NCBI GenBank assembly: GCA_964016885.1
Contig: OZ024753.1
Span: 5,518,001 to 5,582,000 of the forward strand
Length of the DNA: 64,000 bases
Origin: Eledone cirrhosa
Taxonomy: Eukaryota
Direction: 5' to 3'
Shown piece after piece: positions 33,640 to 51,502 of this stretch. The notes under the pieces are model-generated. The model was given only the letters and a program-made list of their open reading frames with translations. It made no database searches and was not told the DNA's origin. A program made the position numbers and the translations under genes. The first letter of the stretch is position 1; every line of letters starts with the position of its first letter.

Positions 33640-33826
33640 TATTGCCCAAGGGAAAGGCAATGGCCGATAAAGCTTGGTACCAACGACAACTCATTTTTAC
33701 ATCTGAGTATACTGGAACAACGTGAAATAAAGTGTCCTACTCAAGGGCACAACACATCACGCTGTCCAAGAATCGAACTCACAACCTCCCGATTGTAACG
33801 CTCTAACTACTAAACTATGCGCCTTC
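33640..33826 (-). mobile_element. Second tRNA-derived SINE family (CORE-like); plus-strand relative at 35882-36000
   Basis: Head GAAGGCGCATAG...GTTCGATTC then GTGCCCTTGAGTAGGACACTTTATTTCACGTTG.TCCAGT. Confidence 0.65.
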
Positions 33827-34050
33827 TTTGGCTAATGTTAAATAATTTAATTCACAAATGTGTGATAAATAATAATCTGAAGAAGATGAATTAGCTGTAA
33901 ATATTATCCTATGGTTGTATCTTTTATCGATAATTGGACAATTAATTGTTGCTTTGATAGCCAATAATCAATAGAACGATCATGGAAGATTTTGTTGATG
34001 AGTTCGATTAGCGTGAGGGATGTAAAACATAACATTTCGAGACCTACACC

Positions 34051-34327
34051 CAGGGCTGTATTTAGATCTTGGGGGACCCCTCGTGCACAAAAATTAGAAT
34101 ACACAGCAACCGCCCCAATTTTATATATCAAAGTTAGCTTGGCGCAAGTAATTGGAATTGGAAAGTTATACATATGGTATTAAATTAAAAAAAATTCTAA
34201 CCATCCTAAAACTAAAAAGCCCAGCTGAGGGCACAAATAATGTGCTAAGGCAGTCGTTGGTGGGCCCCACCACTGCAGGGGGTTCGGGACAATTGCCCTC
34301 TTTGCCACCCCATTAAATTCGGCCCTT
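34051..34327. mobile_element. Decayed MITE with CAGGGC-type termini
   Basis: CAGGGCTGTATTTA at the left end, TAAATTCGGCCCT at the right end, GGGCCCC-type internal motifs. Confidence 0.45.
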
Positions 34328-34939
34328 CCTACACCTCTATCTAGGATTAAGGAAATTACTAGACCCATGAATAACACGATACTTCCATTTTTCTTATTTG
34401 AAAGACAAAAAACGAAACACTAGATATCGATACACTTCATTACAATTTAACTTAGTCAACTATTTTTCTTATATGTTTTAGATAAATAAAATGTCATTAG
34501 GATTTGGTTATGACAAACTTTCAGAAATGAAAATTGCGGTCACGAGATTTCTATAAACAATATTTTGCTTTTTAGGTTAATTTACATTTATTTTTGACGA
34601 GAGCGGTAAGAAATTATTTAAAAATGAAAGCTACAATCTTGTCTCTAAAGACCAAGTATATAACAACATAATGTTTCAACGGAAATATAAACGATAATTA
34701 TTTCTGCTTCCTACACAAAGGTGCAATAATTACATTTAATAGCCTGAGTGTTTGTGATCAGAAGAACGTATGAATACAAGGCCAGTTTTATTGTCCTTTC
34801 TCCCAGGTGGTAGAGTTAAACAATTATATATTCAACGTGATTTGCTCAGAAACAACAAAACAACAGCACCACACTTGAACGAAGACCATTTAAATGTGTA
34901 GTTTAATGCACGAGACTGACGTTTAAGATATACTAATAG

Positions 34940-35540
34940 GCAGCGAATTGACAGAGTCATTAGAACTTCAGATTGATTGCTTTGTAGTATACGGTTCCAC
35001 TCTCTGCTTTCTGAGTTCAAATCTTGCCGAGGTCAAAGTCCTATATCTTCTATATCTCTTTCTCACTTCCATTCTCTCATTCTTTCTACCCTCCTCTAGA
35101 AGAAATTTGCTGTATTCAGACCGGGGGAGGAGATCGACTCCGCCAGGTATTTAAAAAAAGCCCTAGAAACGCCGTATGTTAATAAGGCACACCCTACGAC
35201 TCCCTCAGTAGTTACGGGAAAATTCAATGAAAGGGATATATTAATTCTACATCACAACCACGATAGGCAACACGATAAACGAAAGAAACATATTCAATAC
35301 AGTTGCATTAGATGTGATTCTGGGACCTATCGATGTGCAATCGAATGCTTTACAACTGAGCTATATCCGCAATTGTTTACAGCGATTGCATGAATGCATT
35401 GCCCCGTAAATCCTGGGGGAGTAGTAGGGGTGCCGTATGGCGTACAGATTTCTAGGACATTGTTCTTTTAAACCTGGTGGAGCCCATCTCCTCTCCAGGT
35501 CTGAACACAGCAGATTTCTTCCAAGGAAAGATAGAGACTT
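34940..35540. repeat. Tail-to-tail inverted pair of long SINEs (34940-35229 plus, 35390-35540 minus) enclosing a tRNA-Cys remnant
   Basis: ~35085-35229 aligns to the reverse complement of 35390-35537. Confidence 0.7.
35320..35370 (-). pseudogene. tRNA-Cys 5' remnant
   Basis: Reverse strand GCGGATATAGCTCAGTTGTAAAGCATTCGATTGCACATCGATAGGTCCC. Confidence 0.7.
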
Positions 35541-37152
35541 TCCATATCTTTAATCGTGTGTCTAACATTCTTTCATTTATGTTTCAATCTACGTAATAAG
35601 AACATCTTAAATACTGATTTCTAGTATAGGTACAAGGCCAGCAATTTTGGGGGAGGGGAAAGTCGATTAAATCGACCCCATTGAATTACTCGTGCTTTAT
35701 TTTATCGACCTCGTAAGGATGAAAGGCAAATTAACTTCGGCGAGATTTGAAATCAGACCGTAAAGGTTCGTGACTCTGTGCTTCAAAGCATGGTGTCCGA
35801 CTCTACCGATACTGCCAAACCACCGCCCTTAAAGATCTTAAATAATGTCGAATTCCTCTTATCATTTCTAGCCAATATTTGGAAGGCGCATGACTTAGTG
35901 GTTAGCGCGTCGGGTTAACAATCCTGGAATTGTGAATTCGATTCTCTGCCCCGATTTTGTTTCACGTTGCTCCAGTTCACTCAGCTGTAGAAATGAGTTT
36001 ACCCAACTGAGTTAAATAGCCTCACCAACTCGAAATGGGCCAAGCGTACTGAGTACGGCTAAACCCCCGACATGACCAAAACCAAAACAGAAAACGGCGG
36101 AGGTGAATCAGGGAGGGGTTCCTCCGCTAGGAATGAAAAAAAAGAAGCCCTGTATTGGATTGTATTGTGCATAAGAAGCAAGTGAATTACCAGAATATTG
36201 CGTAAGAGTCGTTTCTGGCTACGGTTTCTCACCTAAAAAGCAGTAGGTTATGACAAACTGTTTAAAGGCTTTAACAATTCACATTTTCATCTATTGTAAA
36301 ACAAACACTATTGAATATCCCTGCATTTTACAAGGGAGATCTATTGCGAAAAACGTCAATTGTAATATTGATAATACTAATAGTAATACAAAATCGATAA
36401 TGATAAAATGCCAGTGTAGTAAGATGTTTATATTCTTTGACAGAATAGATATATTTTTTCAATGGTTTAGAAAAGTAAAATGTCACTTCGATCTGGTTGT
36501 GTCACGAATTTAGCTTTACATCATGCTAACTGGGAAATAAGCTTACAATCCTGCTAAATAGGCAATAATCTTAATATTCTGCTTACTCGACCATAAGCCT
36601 TCGTTTCGTGCTAGATTAAATCTTCCTGGGTTATATCATTTTTATTTATTATAAGTGAGAAAATGAAGAAATCTTTGAAATGTGAGACGTGACAATTGTC
36701 ACTGAAGACACATTACATAACAACATAAAGTGTTTGTAGCAATAAAACAAAAGTATAATTATTTTTGTTTCTGATAGAAATGTATAATAACTAAAGTGGA
36801 TGGCCAGGGTGTGTGTGTGTATGTGTGTATGTGTGTGTGTGTGTGATCAGAGGTATGTATCGATAAATGTTGAGGTTTGTTGTACATTATTCCATGCAAT
36901 CTTCTACTTGGCGCTGGCAGCTGGATGAATTAAACAATTGCTGATTTAATGTCCAAAAACAAATAAACAAATCAAAAAATAAAAAAAAACAGCAACACTT
37001 AATTCTCCAAATTTATTAATGGTGCTTTTAGATGAGAAAATATAAAGAGATGTGTTGGGGCACCATTTGATATACAGTGTTTCTAGAGCATTTTAAACCT
37101 AGCGGAACCCATCTCCTCTTCAGGTCTGAATACAACAGATTTCTTCTAGCGA

Positions 37153-37183
<31 letters not shown>

Positions 37184-37726
37184 TGAAAGAGATATGGAAG
37201 TTCCCCCTCCCCTAAGGCAAAAGTACGGGCAAAGTTGTTTGTGGAAGACCAGCAGTCACCCATGCATGCCTCCCTCCCCTCCGATGTTGTCCAAGGTAAA
37301 GGCAATGTCCGATACAGCTTTCATGAAAATATAATGTAATTTATAACCTACCACGTCAATGGAAAGCGAGCTTCTTATTGTAGTAATATGACTGAGATAG
37401 GAAATATACTATGTATAGATCGATGCTTGTGAGTGTAACTTTAAAAGAGTTACAAACGAAGATATATTTAAATATACAAACACTCATAGTGTACACTGAT
37501 TTTAGATGCTACAATTTCATTCCATTATGTTATAGGTTTCAATCACGCCCAGTAATCATTCAAAATAAAATCGATAAAATAACAACGAGTTGTACAAATC
37601 TCCGACATATTTGCTGTCCATATTAAAGTGGAAGTAAAATCATTGTTAAACATAAAAACAAAAACAACAAACTAAATGCAAATGATAAAGGAAAAAAATC
37701 ATCCAGGAAACTCACCTAAAGATGTA

Positions 37727-37792
<66 letters not shown>

Positions 37793-37824
37793 AGTGGGAA
37801 ATGAAATTTCGTTTCATTTTTTCC

Positions 37825-37934
<110 letters not shown>

Positions 37935-38153
37935 GATAAACCGAAATAAAAACACAATCGGTACAGTATATGGAAGGAATATATTAGTTTAATGCTTGAA
38001 ATAACAGGAAGAGAGTCTTAACGTTTCGGATGGTAGTGCTTCACCAGAAGAAAGAATGAGAATTTAAATACATATATATATATATATATATACTGTATAT
38101 AACCACATAAAACAAAATAAGTCTGTGTGAATTGAGGAGTAGATAATGAACTG

Positions 38154-39243
38154 AGATCTTTCAACAGTGAAACATCTAACACATACCGTCATAATTCTCT
38201 TCTTCACACAACAAACAAACTTATTCTATTCCATTTTATAAACATCATTAAAATGAAATCTACTGAAGTAGATCAACACCAGTTTATTTAAATTCGAATA
38301 TTTTATTATGTTGTAAATATATCCCACAACTTAGACTGTAGAAAAGATCCATAGAGTAAAGATCCATTTATCCACATTTATCTTCGGCTTTTTATCAGCA
38401 GTCTGGCACTTAACGATCAATCTTGAAATCGATTAAAGAACGAAGCAATCTTTACAGGATTTTTCTCTAATTGCAGTGATAGTCAACTTTATTTTCTCAA
38501 CAGTCTGACCGATGTGTTTACTACTGGTTCTTCTTCGTCCACCAAACAATAAACTATTTTGTTAGATCGATTGAAGCTTAACACAGCCTAGAGATGGCTT
38601 TAGTCGATAGCTATAAAGTACTTTATCTCGAAGCAGTCTGTCGGGAATTTTACTACCGAAAATGTCTTCTTTGCTCAATTTGGCACATGATTTACGTCAA
38701 CTTTCACAAAGGCGGGCGAAAAGTGTTCACTATTTTTCATATTATTATGAATGATTTTTGTATTATTAACAGAAAATAAATGAATAAAAGAGTGATTAAA
38801 TATGGTGAGTGTGTGTTTTATAGATATTATGACTTTAGTGCTGTTGTTGTAATTTAGCACTGGCACAACAGACATATAATCAAAGATTGCCATCGTGTCA
38901 TTTGAGGGGCACCGGGAACTTTATTATTTAACGTATTCTTCCTTTGTTTAAAGATGGTAGGATATGATTTGAGAAAAATAACTAAAATATTGATGAAATA
39001 ATTTGTGAATTTTATAAATACTACACTATACATAACTGTAGTATTATTGTTGTTATGATTTACCTCAAAGCCTACACCGCCTCAACTGTTATATGTTATT
39101 TATTGGTTTCTGTTTCTACATTAACTGTTATATGACCCAATACGAACCTCTTGTCGTTTTAAGGTTTTCTGTGACTACATTATACAATGTGTCATTCCTA
39201 TTTTATGACAGTAGGATGTAATTTAAAAGAAATTGGCTTGTAT

Positions 39244-39309
<66 letters not shown>

Positions 39310-39322
39310 GAGAGAGAGAGAG

Positions 39323-39356
<34 letters not shown>

Positions 39357-39448
39357 TAATAAAGAAGTAAGAAAGTCTTCTAACGACTCTGATAATTTAC
39401 CACCTATACACTGTAAATATATAGTTGTTGAAATCGTAGTACTTTATG
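38154..39448 (-). repeat. Copy 2 of the inverted duplication, with (AG)n expansion at 39250-39354
   Basis: Reverse complement of 27995-29187. Confidence 0.9.
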
Positions 39449-39592
39449 ATTTACCTCAAAGTCTGCACCGCTTCAGCTGATATATGGTCCAATACGAATC
39501 TCTTGTTATTTTAAGGGTTTCTGTTACTACATTATATATATATATATATATATATATATCGACAAAATAAAACAAAATAAATGCTAACGTTT

Positions 39593-39950
39593 GGGACTTA
39601 GATCTTTCAACAGTGAAACACTTACCGTTATAATTCTCTTCTTCACACAACAAACAAACTTATTCTATTCCATTTTATAAACATCATTAAAATGAAATCT
39701 ACTGAAGTAGATCAACACCAGTTTATTTAAATTCGAATATTTTATTATGTTGTAAATATGTCCCACAACTTAGACTGTAGAAAAGATCGATAGAGTAAAG
39801 ATCCATTTATCCACATTTATTTTCGGCTTTTTATCAACAGTCTGACACTTAACGATCAATCTTGAAATCGATTAAAGAATGAAGCAATCTTTACAGGATT
39901 TTTCTCTAATAGCAGTGATAGTCAACTTTATTTTCTCAACAGTCTGACCG
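39593..39950 (-). repeat. Partial copy 3 of the duplicated segment
   Basis: Repeats 38154-38511 (reverse complement of ~28837-29193). Confidence 0.88.
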
Positions 39951-40434
39951 TTCCATTTCGTTCACGTCGATCCAAGATTCCACGGGGTTGGATCGAGCCC
40001 GGAACCCAATAAATGCGAAGGGAATTTCTTAACCATCTAGCCGTGCTGCATACCTATTTATATTCTTTACTGTATGATCTTGTGGTTTCTGTTGCTACAT
40101 CATCTCATTGACCATATATGGTAAACACATTGGCTAATAATGTGTTTTCATTGGTTAAAATGTTAACAACACTGATTATGATGGCTTTCCAGACTCATTA
40201 GTCTTCAATAATATTGTCACGCAAAATTTACTTTTCCTCAGATCCACATACTTATTCTTACGCCATGTTTTTACCTCCATAAGTAAGTCGGCTTCTCTGG
40301 AATTCTTTCCCCACATGTTTCTTTTTCTTGCAGTTGTCGACTTGCAAACTTTTCAAGATGAACAATAACTGCGTCCATCTTACCAGTCTCAGACGATCAG
40401 GAAAAGCTATGGGTAAAACCCCCTTCATCTAGAC

Positions 40435-40715
40435 CAGGCATGGGCAACCTTTTTCGAGAAGCGGGCCGCATGAGATATGGATTATCATCAGACGGACCAC
40501 AAGCGGTAATTTACATTCGTGCACTCAATAAAAAAAGGGTTGTTTTGATTTGTTTCTTCAGAATTCGTACACGTTGTTTCTCTCGATTATAAGAATGACA
40601 GAAAGATAAGTTACGACTGAAAAGTTGGGGTAAAACAATCAGAAATATTTCACTTAGGAGGTGACTTAGACGAGCCATTCAGAAAGCTTCGCGGGCCGCA
40701 GGTTACCTATGACTG
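40435..40715. mobile_element. hAT (Charlie-like) MITE
   Basis: TIRs CAGGCATGGGCAACCT / AGGTTACCTATGACTG, subterminal GCGGGCCGCA, perfect 8-bp TSD ATCTAGAC. Confidence 0.9.
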
Positions 40716-42460
40716 ATCTAGACAAAAAGAAAGCCCAAATCAAACAAACAAACGTAGAAAAACAAAAACATTGTAAGCTAGGCAACGTTGTTGATGTTTA
40801 GGTCGATGTCAACCTTGGGTGAACAAAGGAACAAAACTTTGTATTGGTATCTAGACCTACTCTATCAAAACACACCCTTCCTTGATGAAGACTTTGATTC
40901 TATAGAAATTTAGGTGCTAGTTCGAACAGGTGGAGCGACATGGGCTAATTGACAAAAACGCATTCGACAGCTGTAGACTAAAAAAACATACGCCATGTTT
41001 AGGCTGTAGGAATATTCAACCAAGTTCACATAGCAGATTATTGATTTGGCGGGAACGACATGTCTCAGTTGTAAAGCAACTTTTAGACAGCTGACTAATA
41101 AAATAATCTATAGCTATGAGCTGGAATACATGCGGAAAGTTTGATGATTCGATTCGATCGATCTAAAAGATCAATTGTTAGGTTTCAGACTCTTAATATA
41201 TAGACATTAAAACTGATAAACACATGTCGCCATTCACCCTCCATATCTATATTGATTTTGTTAAGATGTTGGATACACTTAAAAACCCACCTGTCCAATA
41301 AAACATACATCACACGCACACACACACACACACACACAAACACACACGCGCAGACACACACACACACAGACACACACACAAACACACAGCCACATACGCA
41401 CACACACACATATATATATACACCCGCACTCCCATACACACATATACACAAGCACACATACATACATGCACATACACACACACACGCACTTACATATCTA
41501 CATATACTTCTCTTCCTTGCCTTAGGTCTCTAAGACCGGATTAACGAATAGATTAGGTGGCGGTTAACGAGTAATGATCGTCAACAGCTAATGGTGGGAC
41601 GCAATGAAGAGGTCAATTGAAGTAGGATCAATAGAAACTAGCAGATATGTGGTGATAGAGAGTGAAATAGATTAAAAGGGGGGTTAGTAAATAAATAATG
41701 TGAATAAAGAAAGTTATCGTGACTACCGACGAGTTAGCAACAAGAATGGTACTTAATCATTTCTTCAACGAATGCTGCATTGATAAAGCTAAGCTGCAGA
41801 GTTTAAGACGCGCAAGAATCAAATCCGTTTTATGGGCCCAGCTGTATCAGAGGCGTGAAGTGGCAACAAAATCACTATTCAGTATTTTCACGAACTAGGT
41901 CGGGCGTCTGCTGTTGGATTTTAAGTAGGTATACGCAGCTTTTTAGTGAACTTAGAACGTAAAGTGCCGTAACTCTATGCTGCAAAGCATGTTGTCCGAC
42001 ATTGTACCGTATTACCAAACCACACGACATTTAGTTCGAAGCTGTAACGAATATACAAATTAGCAGCCATTATAACGTACTTTTCAGATATTTCTGACTG
42101 CGGTCTATTTTGGTGTGTATTACACAAACAAAGAGGAAATAATTAAGGAGTGTAATGTCAAAATTGATAAGAAACCCATGAAACGTTGGAAGGTCTAAAA
42201 TTGCGAGATAAAATATGATAAAATCTGTCACAACATATAATAATCTGTCTCAACATCCCATCGAAATACCGATAAAAGATAGCGATAACTTCCTGGCAAT
42301 CAATATATCTCTGAACAGACACTTTATATTTTACGCAAGGATCGAAAACACTTATGAGTAATTATAGTTATTACACTACACATACATACATAATACATAT
42401 ATACACATGTTTGTATATATATATATATATCTACACAGATACACACACACTCTCTCTCTC

Positions 42461-45407
<2,947 letters not shown>

Positions 45408-46149
45408 GTTTTTTTTTGTTTCATTTTCCCCTTCTCTCTCTTTTTTTTTACAAGGGGGAATAACTTATGATATGACTGATGTATTTTGGCAACCATTTTG
45501 TATCGTCTTCAGTTATTTTATTTAAAAAAATATATATATAATGTTTTTTCTTCTTCTAATTTACTTCTTTGTCTTTCTCACATTATTGATCTTCCTGATA
45601 GATGGATTTTAAATGCAGGCTGATAAAAAGATAGGGTTTTTATTTCCCTTTCTCTCTATCCCTTTTAGTATATAAGCTTTTATATTAACATCAGATAACT
45701 CGTCCGTTGAACGTAGACTTCCTCCAAAACTCTCGTTATGTAATATTTGACCACGAAATAAGGATTTCTGTGATGTATGTAAGAAATGGAGCCATATCTC
45801 CAGATGGAGTCGTAGGGGCACTGTCGTGGCATGCAGCACATCCTGGCCACTTTAAACCTGGTGGACTCCATCTCCTTTCTATGTCTGAACACAGCCGATT
45901 CCTTCCAGGGAAGGAGAGAGAGAAGGGGGAGTGAGATGGAGAAAGCGAGAGAAAGGGAGGGAGTGAGAGGGAGGAAGGGAAAAAGAAATAAAAGAAGAAT
46001 CGGCCCATATACCGAACTGGTACTTCTTTTTTCTACTTCGACTTCGACTTCCTATGGAGGATATGAGATCAGGTTTTCTCTTGAATCTGTTTATTGAGTA
46101 AATTAATTCTATCAAATATTATCTAATTAAAATAATCATAATCACATTT

Positions 46150-46855
46150 GGCTGCGACCATTTCTGCTCCGTGATGGTTGTTAGCTAGAAATGAGACAAT
46201 AGAGTCCCAAAGTGCAACAAAACAACGTTGACAACTACCTCTTATTAACCAATTCACTTCTACATGAATTACAAGGCGTTCAAACTCTTCTTTATTTTGA
46301 TTACAGAATTCATGAAAGATGTAGTTTCCTAAAGAATTAAATTTAATGTGGTTAACCGCTTTTGTTACAATATTAAAGGCATCATGAAGACGTCCGCTTA
46401 ATTGTCTTGTAACTAAGTGTTATCACATAGTGTAAGCAAAATATGTCAGACAGCATTTTTTAAAATCACAATAAAACCTCATTGATGGAGCGGAAGCCAT
46501 TATAATATTGAGTGGAATAATATTTTTTTCGAAATAAGTGATGACTTGTTTGAGATTTGTTTGGCCTTTAGAATCTGTTTTCAGACTTTTGGCAAAAAGC
46601 ACTTCCTCTCTGAGTTTATTATCATCCCAAATCAAACAAGCACCAATAAAATAGTTTCATTATTCCACAGGGATGATTCATAAAGTCGAAGGGCAATTTC
46701 TTTGTTCACAATTTGGTTGCTACTTCCTTTTCTACATCCTTAGTCATTTTATCAATGCTTAAAGAAATGATATTAGTAATTTCCCTGACACTTTAAAATT
46801 ATGAAATTATAACAGATACTGCTGGCAAAAATTAGTTTCACCAATATGTGGAGGC
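46150..46855 (-). mobile_element. hAT (Buster/Charlie-like) transposase relic
   Basis: Minus translation HIGET.., LREEVLFAKSLKTDSKG...YFEKNIIPLNII..APSM with stops and frameshifts. Confidence 0.75.
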
Positions 46856-47615
46856 AGGTGGCCTGGCGGTAAAAACTATTCTCCTTTCAACGTCTAAATA
46901 CAGCAGATTTCTTCAAGAGAAAAGGATATAGAGTGAGAGAATGGAAGTGAGAAAGGGACATAGAGGAAGAATCGACCCCAGTAGTAGACTGGTATTTTTT
47001 TATCGACCTCGAATGGATGAAAGGCAAAGTTGACCTCAGCGGAATTTGAACTCAGGTGTAACTATATGCCACGAAACATGGTGTCCGACGCTCTACCAAT
47101 TCTACTGCCAATCCACGGCCCTCGTAACTTCTAATAATATGCGTTCTACATAATAGTAATGAAAAGATTTTGAATCAAAATATGTCAAAATTTTAAGTTA
47201 AAAATATAAACAGTTTTTAATCGAAATAAAATGTTTTGACGGTATAAAACAAATATTAGATATAAAATGTCTGTCTGTATGTCTTTATGTATGTATGCAT
47301 GCACGTATGCATGTATATATATATATTTTTTTTCACATACATATATTCATGTAAAACTACCTCTCTGTTAATACACACACACACACACATATACATATAT
47401 ATATATGTCTCTCTCTCTCTCTCTACACACACACAGAGACACACACACATATACATATATACGCACTCGTGTATAATGTTTATACAAAAGAGGAAGGGAA
47501 AAAATAAAAAAGTAACTTTCCATTTTATTCACAGCTGATACCCTTTAGCTTCAATATTCTGACCAGCTGCTTCTTATCCCAATCTAACTGTCTGCCTATC
47601 TATCCACCTATCTAT

Positions 47616-47938
<323 letters not shown>

Positions 47939-48180
47939 TTATGTACATCATCTGCTGATTAGACATATTATACAACGTACACCATGCAAAGACACACATA
48001 CGCTCACAGTCACATACATACATATATTTGCACATACATACTTCAGAATTCGCTTATGTGACATTTCTAAATATTAACACATGTTTACCAATTGATTTCG
48101 TTTCAGATCCTGTATTTATTACTAAGGTATTTGCAGCTTGATAGACTTGTTTTGACAATTCCAAAATGCTTATACAACTT

Positions 48181-48604
48181 TCGACTGAACAGTTCGTAGG
48201 CTAACTATGCAGGAGTGATGCTAGGGCTGTGAAATGTTGCATGTATTAAGTTCAATTCTTATTAATAACTACTTTGTTTTTTTTACCAGGGACTCTGTTG
48301 TAAAATCGACTGATCCTCATGGAATGACCCAAAAAGGTTTATTTTTTAACATAGCTTCTGGAAAGAAACAATGTAGTTATTAATAAGAAGTGTTGAAATT
48401 GATGCAAGCAAGATTTCAAAGCTCTAGCATCACTCATAGTTAGCCTATGAACAAGATAATTTCGTAGAATTACCAAATGAGGTTTATTTTTCAACATTAT
48501 CCCAGGAAATAAACAATGCAGTTACTGATAAGAAGAGTCTAAATTAATGAAAGATTTCACATCACTCCTTCATAGTCAGCTTATGAACTTTTCAGTCGAC
48601 CCTC
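48181..48604. mobile_element. Mariner-derived MITE with internal duplication
   Basis: TCGACTGAACAGTTCGTAGGCTAACTATG at the left is inverted as CATAGTCAGCTTATGAACTTTTCAGTCGA at the right; the terminus resembles the mariner end at 57745. Confidence 0.7.
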
Positions 48605-49349
48605 AGAGTGTGCATATCTTTTTTATTCATGTAAGGATTAAAGATTAAAGATGAAATAATAATTTCTATCTCTACATATACAAAAGGAGATAGATTGGCA
48701 GAGTTAATAAACCGCCCGATAAATATTTAGCAGTGTTTGTTCCGTCTGTTTACTGTTTGAGTTTAACTCACGCCGAAGTCAGCTTTGCCATTAATCCTCG
48801 ATAAAATAAAGTACCAGTAATGTACTGGAGTCGATTAAATCGACGTTTCACTCACCCAAACTTGTTGGCCTTGCGCCTAAATCAGAAACCATATAAGTTC
48901 AAATTCCGCCCAGAAATCAGCCGGCCTTGGGTACTGCCTTACCCTCGCTCCTCATCAAACAAATTAATTAAATATACAAAATAAATGAAATAAATACACA
49001 GACTACTGCTTGTATGACTGTCATTCGACGTGATACTAGTATTGATGATGGTTGGATGTGTAGCGCACCTGTGGACCACCCGCACGCAATGAAACTGATA
49101 AACAATAGCAGAAAGTTAATGACATCACAACAATACTTTTATCATTTCTTGTACAACACCCTTTCGCTTTTTTGTAACCGGCAGCACAAATTGATATTGG
49201 ACAATGCATGGACATGAGTTATTGCTTTCTAAATCACTGCTATTATACTAACAGACTAGACAAATTGCTATATCTTAATAGAAAATTATACGCGTATATC
49301 CATAGTTATTACATACACAACACACGCATTCAAAAACGTGTACACACAC

Positions 49350-49422
<73 letters not shown>

Positions 49423-49512
49423 TACATACTTATGTCTTAATTGTCTTTCAGAATTATTTGTGTGGTCTTTATATTATTACATTGCATAACATTACATCAC
49501 GAGGGAGGGATA

Positions 49513-49742
49513 TTCTTCTTCTTCTTCTTCTTCTTCTTCTTCTTCTTCTTCTTCTTCTTCTTCTTCTTCTTCTTCTTCTTCTTCTTCTTCTTCTTCTTCT
49601 TCTTCTTCTTCTTCTTCTTCTTCTTCTTCCCTCCCACCCTCCCTCTTCACCAATTTTACTGATGTTAGTATTTTCACTTTTACTTCTTTCATCTACATTG
49701 CTTCTTCTCGTTAATGTTATTATATTTATTGTTGTTGTTGTT

Positions 49743-49805
<63 letters not shown>

Positions 49806-49977
49806 CTTCTTCTTCTTCTTCTTCTTCTTCTTCTTCTTCTTCTCCGCCCACTTCCTCCCATACTTTTATTCCTAACTACTTCTAAGAAGAAGAAGAAAAA
49901 GAAAAAGAAGAAGAAGAAGAAGAAGAAGGAGAAGAAGAAGAAGAAGAAGAAGAAGAAGAAGAAGAAGAAGAAGAAGA
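49513..49977. repeat. (TTC)n, (GTT)n, (TTC)n, (AAG)n trinucleotide tracts
   Basis: Directly visible. Confidence 0.95.
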
Positions 49978-50645
49978 CGGAAGAGACAAGAGAGAAGAGA
50001 AACTCTTAATAACACAAAACACACTTTTCCCATCTTTGATGTTACAAACTAATGGTGTTCTGTGGTCGAGCACTTTGCTGAAAGGAAAATTGTTGCACAA
50101 GATTCAACAAGCTTTCTATGTAATAATATCACAAAAGATAATTGACCAATACACTTAATCTCCAGGCGTCAGCAAACGTCCATTACTTACTATGTCAATG
50201 CAGAAACACTTTCTTCAACATAACATTCAGTCAATTTAATCAATATGGTTATTTCTGAAGAATACGACACGGATAGCAATAACGGGTGCTGGTTTAGGAT
50301 AAATATACTGTATTGAGTTACCTCTCTTTATGTTTTTATTTCAAACCCAAAACGATGTGTAAAAACTGTATACTTTATACAGCTAGAGTTGCTGTGCCGG
50401 TTTTTTTCCCCAGTAAAATGACTATATTTTAAACAAACATTTATTAACAACACATATCTAAATGATGAAACGTCACATCAATAAACTAATAACCCCATCT
50501 AGCTTTGAAGTTTTGAACTGTTGGAAAAGTGTTCAAACATGTTATCATGAGCTATCTCGTCTAAGGCACTGAAGAGGTTAATGAATGTGGTGCTTGTCAT
50601 CTTTCCGAGTGTTGGTGTTGATGTTGGTGGGTCAATAAAATCAGT

Positions 50646-50813
50646 ACTACAGTACTACTATAGACTGAAGACAAGTCCTAATCATGTACCATGCTTTAGT
50701 TAAGATCATTAGGTGTCCATCACGTCAGGACTACAGTACTACTATAGACTGAAGACAAGTCCTAATCATGTACCATGCTTTAGTTAAGATCATTAGGTGT
50801 CCATCACGTCAGG
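50646..50813. repeat. Exact 84-bp tandem duplication
   Basis: 50646-50729 equals 50730-50813. Confidence 0.92.
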
Positions 50814-50837
50814 AGAAGACAGAGACCCACTCCACAT

Positions 50838-51129
50838 CAGCGGTCGTCGTCAACTTTTAGGACCCCACAAACCACTAAATTCATAATTCTAAATCCCGTG
50901 GACCACTAATACGAATTTTTAAAAAAAGATAAATACATTTGTAAAATCACGATTAGAAAATTTCCATTTTATTAATATAAATTGCACCTATTAAATATAA
51001 CAAAATAATAAATGCTTATTTAATTATAACAAAATCTTTAAAGTAAACAATGTCCAAATCTTTCAGCGGACCACCAACATTTTCTCTGGGACAACCAGAT
51101 GTCCGCGGACCACCGGTTGGCGACCGCTG
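50838..51129. mobile_element. hAT (Charlie-like) MITE
   Basis: TIRs CAGCGGTCG..CAAC / GTTGGCGACCGCTG; degenerate TSD CTCCACAT / CTCTAGAT; GGACCAC subterminal motifs. Confidence 0.8.
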
Positions 51130-51502
51130 CTCTAGATCATCTTTTAAGGATCTTCACACTATTTTAAAAGTTATTTTATAGCACCTCTGCGCATGAGCAC
51201 ACCATACTTTACATTAAGAAATCTCCCATTGGATATGATAGTAAGGTTCTCACATAAGATTCCCCGATTGATTTGTTCGTTATTTGATCAGAATAAAGTG
51301 TCTTGTTTACAAACGGAACGAAACGAATATTGTTAGTTTAAACACAATAGTTACACATTTTTGTAGTTACATAATCTATCAAGTTAGTCATGTTGGCAAT
51401 CATAGCAGTAGTGTGTCATACAACCCCCTGGGAAGATGAAGAATGAACAAACTTTTGATTTCATTGAAATAATGTTTGCTAATGTCTGCTTTTCGACAAT
51501 GA

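Noticed and set aside
41700-41845. Possible Gypsy integrase remnant (KVIVT...IDKAKL...RRAR..SVLWP)
   Set aside because: Zinc-binding residues are absent and the similarity is too weak to support by eye.
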